64,000 bases of DNA, taken from contig NEEC01000019.1 in NCBI GenBank assembly GCA_002189035.1, forward strand, positions 1,116,001 through 1,180,000, given 5' to 3'. Both the position numbers and the translations under genes were made by a program. The notes below the pieces were generated by a model. It had not been told where the DNA came from. It did not search any database and worked only from the letters and a program-made list of their open reading frames with translations. Shown here in pieces: positions 46,842-56,231 of the stretch (its first letter is position 1; each line of letters opens with the position of its first letter). The DNA is from Utricularia gibba (Eukaryota; Plantae; Magnoliophyta).

Positions 46842-47530
46842 TAAAATCTGATTTGAAATATAATATTAACGGTTTGAAAAACATGATTTAATTAATTATA
46901 TAATTATTTTACAAAGCACACATGTATATATTTGAAATTATAAAACGAAACTATCAAACCCAATTTTGAAAGTTCTCAGAATTATATCTAATGAAAAAAA
47001 ATAAAATAATTCCTCCATATTTTAAAATTTCAATCATCTTCCAGATATTCAACTGAAGCTTAATTTGTCATGATTTTCGGCGATGGTCAACACAGAAAAA
47101 AAAAGGCAGTTGAATTTTAGAAAAAAACGTCTCGTAATTTTGACAAAAATAACTTATACTATGATTTGGTCCAATCATCGTGACACAATTCTGAGGGAAT
47201 ATTCCCCTAAATCCTAAATCCTTAATCTTTTGGTTTTACCGATAAACTTAGTTTATCAAGAAATATTTGCGTTTTAAAAACCGTGATTTTATCGAATTTG
47301 TATCGTGTTGAAACATAAATCATTTATTAAAGTGATTGGATTAAATTGAAATCATTAAAAATAGAAAAAAAAATGAATTATGATCCAATTACAATCTAAC
47401 TATAATTTAATACTTTTTAATAAGAAAAATATTTTTTTTCAAAAAAATGAATGGTTAAGTTGTTTGTATAACCGGTTAATGATTTTTTGAATATTGAAAA
47501 AACTGAAAAACACTGTTTAAAGTGGTCATC
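46842..47530. repeat. 'Z' segment copy 3, fused to the BAHD fragment and not preceded by a FAR gene
   Basis: Colinear with copy 1, including the block deleted in copy 2; starts inside the hairpin at 46825-46873. Confidence 0.88.
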
Positions 47531-47957
47531 TTATGAGTGTGTGGAAAAAATGTTTATGAAATATAAAAGTAAGACGGCTAATTTTGTAAATGCTCCCTTA
47601 TTTTCCATATGTGCCGCTGTTGTGCCGTGTCTGCCAAACTGTTTTGTCGTATGATTTTGCGTAGCGGATTTAGAAACTTTCTATATGTGGGCGCTACGCG
47701 GCGACTGTTCATCGTCTTCACCAACTCGCACCGAACCATGGCGTTGACAGCTATCCAGCTTGGAGTGACGTGGGATGGATAGGAATGCCGATTTTTCTCC
47801 CTGGGGCGAACATATCCGTACCAAGTCGTGATTGACATGAAAAAAAATTTATTTGAATTCGGCTCATGGTACAATTCGTCTGCACATTCAAGTGAAAAAA
47901 AAATGCAGTCAAGTGAAGAACAATCAAGAACATGGCGTTGCTTGACAGGGGCGTGGC

Positions 47958-49262
47958 CTATTCCAGTGAATAGAACACGTTCTTGAACACTTTCATGTCC
48001 TCGCTGAAGAGAGAAGTATAAACTTCGATGCTCCCGTCGTCTGTGAACGGCGGCAGAAGGTACGTATCGCCCTCTAACGGAGAGAAGCACGGCGAGAACG
48101 CGTACGGGCCGCCGCATCCGAAGTCAAGATCATGAAACGGGAACCTTAGCCAACTTCCGGCATCGATGTCCGGGTACAGTATCATCTTTTCTGCTTCAAC
48201 CACCGTGTTGGGAATGAGATCCTCCGCCCCGGCACGGTAATGTGCGAAATCGATGAACGATTTGATGTAGTTATCGTCTATGGCGACGACGGCTTCATGC
48301 AGAAGGGTGGCTGCGTAATCTATAGGCTCATACAGTAGCTCATCAACTTTTGCCGAAGCATAAGCCCACAAGATCATGTTACCGAAATATGAGCCAGGAA
48401 CTTTAGGGTTTTTCATACGGGAGCGACAGTCGACGGGGATTCGGACCCGGGTTGTCTCCGACCCGTTCAGGCGGCGAGCTTTGGTCACCGAACGCCAAAG
48501 ATGAGCGTACAGGCTTTCAAAAGTGCTGAAATGCCGATCAGTGGAGCAGGTTTTGGCTTTGATCTTAGAGATGAAGTCGGCGGTGAGAAGAAACTTTTCA
48601 GATCGAATGTCATTGAGGCGATCAGCTTCCTCCGGGCTGTTTCTCATGTTTCTGGGCATGAACTCTACTCCCCTGTGATCAAACTCGAAAACGGGAGGAT
48701 CACGAGGGACAAAAATGGTACGGTCTCGGAATGGCAGAGGGGTGATTTCGAGATTTCGAGAAGCTTTCCCCCATGCAGCCAAAAAACAGCTCGATGAATT
48801 GGCATCACTGACTTTGTGGTGCGAGGTGAAAGCCAGCAGCATCGATCCGCAAGAGAATCTCGTGATTTGAACTTGAGCGATCTCTTTCACACCGTGAAGA
48901 GGAGGGTGGAGGCTCCGCACCGCCGGGTCGGAGGGCATGAATGAAGCGGTTTCGTCAAGATTCCGATCAGCGACAGCCTCCACGAACCTAACCCCTTCAT
49001 CGTTACACACTATCACCACCTCCCCATCCTCACCAATCCTCAGGCGGCCGGCCATTTCCCGGTACACGGCTAAGACCTTCCCCAGTCCGAGTTCGATTTC
49101 AGAGTTCGATGGGGTGGGAGGGCGGTAGGCGTAGAGAACAGCTACGTGCATGTTCCATGCCATCTTGTCAAAGACTGACATGGGACGAATCTCCACCGGA
49201 GCCGGCCGACATCCGCCGTAGAATGGCTTCACGAGCTTTGAGCTTTGGATTGTAACCTTCAT
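47958..49262 (-). CDS. BAHD acyltransferase, clade IV (agmatine/putrescine hydroxycinnamoyltransferase-like), 434 aa, single exon
   Basis: MKVTIQSSKLVKP.Y start, YAYRPPTP, L.VYRE.AGR, NDEGVRFVEA, QVQITRFSCGS, HxxxD (HHKVSD), YFGN..LWA, SWLRFPFHDLDFGCGGP. The pattern matches barley ACT and Nicotiana AT1 as I recall them. Confidence 0.93.
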   Translation of the reverse strand: MKVTIQSSKLVKPFYGGCRPAPVEIRPMSVFDKMAWNMHVAVLYAYRPPTPSNSEIELGLGKVLAVYREMAGRLRIGEDGEVVIVCNDEGVRFVEAVADRNLDETASFMPSDPAVRSLHPPLHGVKEIAQVQITRFSCGSMLLAFTSHHKVSDANSSSCFLAAWGKASRNLEITPLPFRDRTIFVPRDPPVFEFDHRGVEFMPRNMRNSPEEADRLNDIRSEKFLLTADFISKIKAKTCSTDRHFSTFESLYAHLWRSVTKARRLNGSETTRVRIPVDCRSRMKNPKVPGSYFGNMILWAYASAKVDELLYEPIDYAATLLHEAVVAIDDNYIKSFIDFAHYRAGAEDLIPNTVVEAEKMILYPDIDAGSWLRFPFHDLDFGCGGPYAFSPCFSPLEGDTYLLPPFTDDGSIEVYTSLFSEDMKVFKNVFYSLE

Positions 49263-51284
49263 GGCTGGCAGGGATGGATGAATCCATGGTCACTTGGTGA
49301 TCGGAATTTATAAGCCTGATGCATGCGAATTGTTTCTTTTCCTAGTGTCGTTGAATGGTAAAGGTAGCCATCCACACGTGGTTGGTGTGATGTGGCGGGC
49401 GGAGCAGCTTCCTTGAAAGCTGTCTGAATCCACGGCTTCATCCATTGTATATTTGCCCCACGCCCGGTCAATAATTCTTATTTTAAATATTTTAAATCTC
49501 TTTGAGAATCATGTTCTTGTACGTTTTCGATTTGTTGCACATTTCATTGAAAATCACTCATAAATCTCACTTCCCTGTGTTGAAATTAAGGATACAATAG
49601 GTCGGACGAAAATATGTGAAACCTAAATACATATGAAATATAAATCACATTAAAAAAGATTAAATCTAATTGATTATTAATGATCTATAGTTTACTATAT
49701 ATTAATGTGTGATTGTGTGTTTTAATACCCTCCACATATCCTAGTTTCTTATCATGTGGTCATGATATTATTAAATTAGTCGTTATATATTATGTGATAA
49801 AAGTGGTCATACTATGAATTTAATAAATGAGAATATTCAATTTCACATTTATTTTTATTTTCTTTTAATTCTGGGTATTAATAGTAAATACTGAAAAAGT
49901 GTTCTCACTACACAATGGGAAAATGACTTACTGTAGGTGACCACTTTTGGAAATAGAAGAAGAATCGCCCCCATGGCTTCTAATTTAATTATTAGGTTGT
50001 ATTAGATAGGCGATTTACGATTTTGATAAAATGGTTTAAGATGAAAATGTATTTTATGATTTTAGGTTCATAATGTGTTTGATAGATACATTTAGATATG
50101 TTATATTTTATAAGGAAAATACATTTGAATTGAATTATGATTTTAAATGATTGGTTTTTTATATTTATCTAGAAATGAAGTAAAAAAGAAGGATAATTAT
50201 AATAAATATATCATATAATATAAAACCTAATTTAAAATAATCATTAAACCACGTACCAGGACCTTAGGGTTTAATATACTAGGTAACTATAACTATGAGT
50301 ATACATAACGCCGTTGATAATTAAGTTGTGAGACTTTGATGAATATTGATACGTTATGATGTTTTTCAATTTATTTAAATTTTTTAATTTTTAACTATTT
50401 TTTATTTCTTGCAATTTAGATATAAATCAATTCTGCATTAATAATTATCATTTTATTAAAATTTTAATTTTTTTAAAATAATTTTGGAGTTTTGTTTTCA
50501 AACATAGTTAGCCCCCAATAAAAAGGCTATTATTTTATTAAAAAAAAGTGGTGGATGGCCTGGGCTCCAAGATTCCGTCTAGATACATGGACGCGCTCCA
50601 TTCTTGAAAAGTTAATGCGCGACACTTCAAAATCAAAAGTTTGACACGGCGCTTGCTTTGAACAACGAGGAACGAGGTGGGTGTCATATGTGTGATTTTA
50701 TTTCATATTAAGGGCAAGGGTTTGATATTCCGTACAATTTACATGAATATCAATGTTATTTTTATACCATTTCTTGTTTAATACCAAATAGAATATCATA
50801 AATTTATATACCCAATTAACCTCAAAATCCCAAATATCGAATATCTTATGATAAATAATGCCGAGATATGAAATGTCACAACTCACATTGCAATTATATG
50901 ATATTATCTATTTTGTATATCTAAATCTTATGATTTTATATTTTTCTCTCTCTGAAAAAAGGTTTGGTATGAAAGTAGGAGAATTTATTTTCTTATCCGT
51001 AACAAATGTAAAATAATATTAGTAGTCCCGTCAACTTATATTATAATAAAAAATCAGTATCATATTGGGATTTTTGAAGAATGGGTTGCCAATAATGCAA
51101 TAATTATTGAACGATTAAGTATTTTGTTTTCGTTCAACTTTAAATATATACCACATATTTATCTAGTTAAAAATAATTAAATAAATTAGCATAATAAATG
51201 CCCCTAATATATCAGATTAAAAAATTGCTAAGTTTTTTGTTTATTAGGGTTCAATATTTGTGGTAGTCTAGAAAGCCCATTCCA

Positions 51285-51336
51285 CCACGTGGCGAGAAGT
51301 CCTCTAGCTAATTGACACGGTTCCTCCACGTGGCGA
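51285..51336 (+). promoter_or_regulatory. Paired G-box/ABRE (CCACGTGGCGA x2) in the H2B.8 promoter
   Basis: Identical 11-mers at 51285-51295 and 51326-51336, 70-120 bp upstream of the ATG. CACGTGGC is the canonical ABRE/G-box. Confidence 0.7.
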
Positions 51337-51403
51337 TGAATCTGAAATCTTCTTTAGCCACTAAAAGCCTGTGATCCAACGGAAAGGAAACAGCCTTAAA
51401 ATA

Positions 51404-52162
51404 ATGGCGCCAAAAAGGCGGCGGAGAAAGACGGTGGTTACGACGAGGAAAGTGGTGGAGGAAACCTTGAAGGTGGTGGTGGCGGATGCTCCGGAGGAAG
51501 AGGAGGAAGAAACTGGGGACACATATTCCACCGAAAAACACGAAAATATCAGAACAATTCCCGTTCAGGAAACACCCCCGCCGGAGCCGGAACAGCGACA
51601 CGAAACCCCGCCCGCCTCCAAACCGGATACCCGAGAATCAGTGACACCAGAGGAACAAGTGATTCAAGAAATCTCCCCTGTTTCGGCCCAGGAAACCACC
51701 ATGGAAATCGGAACACCGAAAGTAACCGCCTCTTCCGCACCTGAAACAATATCTGAACTCGCGGTGGAGGAGCCCCAAGGCGTCGCCGAAACTCATACAA
51801 AGACCATAGGTTTACCCCACAAGAGGAGGCACATGAAAAAGAGTGGCAGTAGAAAGGGGCGCGAATCCAAGGGTTTAGGGTACAAAAGGTATCTACTGAA
51901 GGTGATGAAGCAAGTGCATCCGGAAATGGGAATCTCCCAGATGGCGATGACCGTCATCAACAACATGATGTCCGACGTTTTCGAGCGGCTAGCGCAATCC
52001 GCGGCAGACGTACAGCGCCACGCCGGCATGCGAACGATGTCGTATCGAGAGGTCGAGGCGGCGGTGAAGCTCGTCCTCCCCGGCGATCTGGGCCGCCACG
52101 CCCTCTCGGAAGCAAGTAAAGCTATAAAGAATTACATAGCGTATGAGTCCGTACAGTCGTGA
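51404..52162 (+). CDS. HTB8: Histone H2B.8 / H2B.S (sperm and seed variant) with long acidic N-terminal IDR, 252 aa
   Basis: N-terminal RKVVEETLKVVV (KVVxET motif of H2B.S) and about 140 aa of E/P/T-rich tail. Divergent fold YKRYLLKVMKQVHPEMGIS..AM.V.N.MM.D.FERLA, EV.AAV.LVLPG.LG.HA.SE..KA. The canonical C-terminal ubiquitinated Lys position is Asn (KAIKNY). Confidence 0.9.
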   Translation: MAPKRRRRKTVVTTRKVVEETLKVVVADAPEEEEEETGDTYSTEKHENIRTIPVQETPPPEPEQRHETPPASKPDTRESVTPEEQVIQEISPVSAQETTMEIGTPKVTASSAPETISELAVEEPQGVAETHTKTIGLPHKRRHMKKSGSRKGRESKGLGYKRYLLKVMKQVHPEMGISQMAMTVINNMMSDVFERLAQSAADVQRHAGMRTMSYREVEAAVKLVLPGDLGRHALSEASKAIKNYIAYESVQS

Positions 52163-52359
52163 TTAGGGTGATAAATCACGTAATTAGCAGCGTTGCTAAA
52201 CCATTTTGGTCTCCTTTGTATGTACATTATTAGTGCCCTAGCCCAGCCCCGATTTTGGGTGATGTCTTCCTTTACTCGGAAAATTATAAAATAGATTTAT
52301 TGCATTAAAAAAATATTGTAATGAATTTACATGACACACCACAGGAACGAAAGGAAGCA

Positions 52360-53504
52360 TCAATAGGTGTAAGAATGGCAGGGGATGAGGTTTGTGGATC
52401 TCGGTGGCGAAAACGGCGTCGTTATTGGTCCACAGAAGACCATAAGGTGGCGGCGGATCTTCATGACGCCGATCTTCCATCGGATGCTGGCCCAGATGTT
52501 CACGTACAAGTCCAGACTACCTGCCGCCCGACCGGCTCTGATATCCCGGGCCACGTTGCTGTAAAGCTGAATGTCTCTTGGCGCCAAGTACAGATCCACA
52601 TGGGTGACGTTCCTCCTCCGCTGGTAAAACGGACGAACGTCGTTCAAAGCCAACTTCTGATCCTCGTACACTGTCGTCGCCTGTTTAAAAAGAAGCCGAA
52701 ACGTCAGCTTCGTCCTCTACATTTGCTGAAATCTGATTCAATTCAATTAGAAAAAAAAGAGCCTCTCTGGATGGTGGACTGCACCTGTATTTCGTCATAG
52801 TAGACGGACATTCGATGGTTAGGGTTCGTGGCTTGGAGCCCCATACGAATGTCGGCAGAATTAAGGTGATCTTGGGTCAAGTTGAAGCTTGTGAAGGAGC
52901 CCGTTTCTATGGAGAACCTAAGCTTCTTCGGGTTTACGGCGAGCCAGGTGATGAGGGCGATGATTCCAAGTAACAGTATCAAGGAAAGTATGGCGCATAT
53001 GATGAATCTCCCCAGAGTCGGACTACAGCCCTGTTGGTACGGTTGAGTGGAGCGACGGTGATCCTCCTCTGGATCAGTCCGATGATGGTCATCCTGGTGT
53101 GGATGAGTCCGATGACGGCCATCTTGGTTTGGCTGAGTCCGACGATGGTCATGTTCACCTGGTTGAGCCGGATGATGGTCAAGCTGACTTGGCTGAGTCC
53201 GATCACGGCCATCTTGCTTTGGTTGAGTCCGACGATGGTCATGCTGACCTGCTTGAGCCGGATGATGGTCAAGCTGACTTGGCTGAGTCCGATCACGGCC
53301 ATCTTGGTTTGGTTGAGTCCGACGATGGTCATGCTGCCCTTGCTGAGCCGGATGATGGTCAAGCTGACTTGGCTGACTCCGGCGCCGGTCATGCTGGTTA
53401 GGAAGATTGGGACGATGGCCATGCTTCCGCGGTTGATGGTTTGTTTGCAGCGGGGCAAAGTCGCCTTGCGCGGTGGTTATAGGGAGCTGCTGTGTGTTCC
53501 CCAT
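52360..53504 (-). CDS. LEA_2/NHL protein, At1g08160-like, with expanded N-terminal repeat; 2 exons
   Basis: Exon 1 53504-52785, 104-bp intron 52784-52681, exon 2 52680-52360. Splicing gives YYDEIQ|ATTVYEDQ. TM helix, WL.V.PK.L.F, ATNPN..MSVYYD, PFYQ, IRWKIG, C-terminal Cys residues. Confidence 0.88.
53041..53400 (-). repeat. Coding tandem repeat: twelve 30-nt monomers including three near-identical 90-nt higher-order units (53101-53370)
   Basis: Monomers fall in exact 30-nt register and encode RTQPSQLDHH / PAQxGQHDHR / RTQPNQDGRD. Confidence 0.95.
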
Positions 53505-55090
53505 GGCAGACAAGGAGGCTCTTCGTTGTCCTGTGAAGGGGGAGGTTGGATGCTTTATAGAGCAGGAGAAATGGAAAATGAAGCACATCTGTGCTGTAAT
53601 GTCCCTTTCTGTTTATGTCAACAATGGAGGAAGCCAACATTTCTTGCCTGCGACTCAAGACACAGATGCCCTCTCGTGCAATGTTCTGCATCACAACCCT
53701 TTGTTCGTCCTCCTCCTTTTTCGAAATTCTAAGCCTCCATAAAATCACTTTTTCTGGTTGTCAGATGGAGAGATGAAGACAAAGAATTGCTTGGGGATAA
53801 AGTTAAAGGCATTCCCAAACCATCTCCAAAGTTGTTCTTCTTCCATTTCCATTGCTTTCGTACGTACATAATGTGATTGGGCCACATTTCCAAGAAGCCC
53901 ATGTAATTGGGTCTCGGGCCTTCTTCAAAAATTTTCACAACACCCTTCCCAGCTTACAATCACTCATTTGATATAACTTATCCAGAAGCGTTTTTTAAAA
54001 AGTGCTTTTAAAAAATAAAAATTGTAGGTTTTTCAAGATCTAAATTTTTAAATTATTTGAAGTAGAAATCGATTATACGTAATAATAAAGCTGCTTCTAA
54101 AACGTTTTTCTAGAAATATAAAATATTTCAAATAGCGTACATATTTTTATTTAGTATTGTTTAGAACCGACTCTCAAAAATTTAGAACATCAAGTTTTTC
54201 ACATTTTCAAAAATGAGAAACACTTCTAAATTTTTAATTTTTTTGAATGTACCCAACCTTAGTATTCTATGTTCTTATTATACGATATTTTCGTTTTAAA
54301 TACCTAATAATATGATTTTCTATTTTTCCATTTCAACAAAAAAACTTCTTATAAGATTATGATATTTTATTTTTCTAAGTATGTTATTTTTTCTATTTAT
54401 AATTAATTTGATTTATCATCACCACGACTTATATTCTACTCCATTTAGCCACTCGTTGTCCATGGTGAATATCATGTTCCACCATTAGCATAAACTTGAG
54501 TTTGGTTTTAATACTAGATATCATCATTAATATTTTTATTATATAATATTGTCTATTTTGGATGATCAATTCTAAGATTTATGTTCTCTAATTCTAGAAA
54601 AAAAGTTTTAGTAAAAAAATAGTAAGATTTGTATATATTAAACACATTTCGTTTTCGTCTATAACCAATGTAAAATATTATATTACTAACTTATATTGAT
54701 AACAACCTCTCACCAAAAAATAACTGATGATGTGGCTTATTTTGGATAATAATATTCTTAAATCGATCATCTTCATGTGTTTTTTTAGATCATTTTAATT
54801 GCAATTTTTACTTTGACATGTTTCATTAATTAATACCATGTTATTTAATAATTTTCAATAAATACCCCAATATTCTATAATAAGCTTGAATGCAATATGA
54901 AAAACCTTTTCTACTTCATAAACAAGATTATTGAAGTTAAAAAATTATTATATCATAAAAAGAAATTTATTGTGATATAATATTAAAAGTTTATGATAAA
55001 TTTTATAGTTTTATATACAAAATACAAAAATTCCTTTGATCCAGCATATTTTAAAAACTAAAAAAATGTTCAAATTTAGTACTTTAATAA

Positions 55091-55394
55091 TGTAACGACC
55101 TGCGCACATCTAGCACGATATTGTCCGTTTTGGACACCCAATCCTCACGGTTTTACGTTTTCATCACATATCGTCCTGACTTCCCAGGGGGTCACCCATC
55201 CTCACATTACCCTTCGGCAATCACGCTTAACCCTAGTGTTCCTGTGAAGGATACTCCGTCGTGCTGAGAAAAAGCCTTGTGTTAAATTTGTAGGGTGTAA
55301 CCTCTTAATCTCATCCTCTCTCCCGTTGGTAATCGATGTGAGATTCGTCTAAGGTACTTTTCTCTTCAACCCTTCCGCGGGGCGGGTCCTTACA
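55091..55394 (-). mobile_element. Cassandra TRIM solo LTR (5S rRNA-derived domain), 304 bp
   Basis: Termini TGTAACGACC / GGTCCTTACA (9 of 10 inverted match); ATAA direct repeat on both flanks (55087-55090, 55395-55398). The minus strand contains GTTAAGCGTG...AGGATGGGTGACCCCCTGGGAAGTC (5S-like) and GGACAATATC near the 3' end. Confidence 0.9.
55178..55231 (-). promoter_or_regulatory. 5S-type RNA polymerase III internal promoter (A-box to C-box) within the Cassandra LTR
   Basis: Matches the plant 5S internal control region (AGTTAAGCGTGC...TAGGATGGGTGACCTCCTGGGAAGTCC). The A-box and C-box ends are nearly intact, the middle is diverged, and the rest of the 120-nt 5S is absent. Confidence 0.8.
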
Positions 55395-56231
55395 ATAAGC
55401 TCACATTCGCTTAAGGTATGATGTATAATTTAGTGTAACTTTGGGGGTTTGTTGTAAATTACGCATTTTGCAACAAAAAGCAATAATCATTAAAAGACCC
55501 CAAGATGGAGGGAAGAAACTGATTGGAAGATGAATGTGAAGCCGAGGATGTATCATATGAAATTACAAGATAGCCCTCTCGTGGCTTTCCAAATTCCTTG
55601 TTTCCCTTTCTTTTTGCCCTTTGAAAAAATATCTGTTTTGATTCTCCCTCAGATTTCTTCTTCTGTTTTGATTCTCCGTTGTTGATCCATCAACGCAGGA
55701 GGCCGCCTTGTTCTGCCTTCACAACTTGAGGTACGCTAACCCTCGCGGCGGCGGTGGTGGTGTGGCTCTCAATTGTGGAGAGCGTCGCCGGGCGTTTGCA
55801 TTTAGGTCTAATTTTTACCCACGAACGGATACTTTTGACTACCGAACATCGTGTTTTGCGGTGGGATCTAGACTAATTGACTCTGGAATTGATTCTCCGG
55901 CGCCTTCGTCATTGGTGCATTCTTGGACCCTGAGTTGTCTCTGCAGTGGGGTTTTTGCCCGTCTGTTTTAGTTTTTAGAAATCAACCAACACAAGTATAA
56001 TTCTATTGTCGGAAGATTGGAATTAGCTTTTTTTTATACAAATTGACACAGTTAGTATAACTCTGATATACATTGGAGTCCTGTCCTGTATTCAGTTAAA
56101 TCTGTGGGATTTCTAAGTGTATGCGGCACTATATTTGTTCTAATTTGTAGGACATTGCCCTTTCTTACATCATGGATTTGATGGTTGTCTTCAGCTGATG
56201 TCGTAATTCAGTTTTCAGACGCTTGAACGGC

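Noticed and set aside
47578-48117. 179-aa minus-strand ORF overlapping the BAHD 3' end
   Set aside because: Alternative frame of a GC-rich CDS plus 3' flank with no recognisable motif; cannot be supported without expression or homology data.
50255-50295. GTAACTATAAC near GGACCTTAGG, reminiscent of the LSU rRNA I-CeuI region
   Set aside because: Match of about 11 bp with the wrong order and orientation of the second part, in AT-rich DNA; no rRNA context.
52692-52711. Helitron 3' end inside the LEA_2 intron (hairpin 11 nt from the end)
   Set aside because: The terminus is ACAG rather than CTRR, and there is no 5' TC or A/T insertion site; kept only as a descriptive detail.
53041-53400. CRISPR-like periodicity of about 30 nt
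   Set aside because: Contiguous monomers with no unique spacers, inside a eukaryotic coding exon; no cas genes.
53034-53732. Long plus-strand and alternative-frame ORFs across the 30-nt repeat (232 aa, 159 aa, and a 100-aa Asp/His-rich ORF)
   Set aside because: The monomer lacks stops in several frames, so these are shadows of the LEA_2 repeat. They have non-ATG starts or no domain content.
55178-55231. A genuine 5S rRNA gene
   Set aside because: Only the internal control region matches; it is embedded in TG..CA LTR termini and lacks the 5S 5' part and the 3' T-run.
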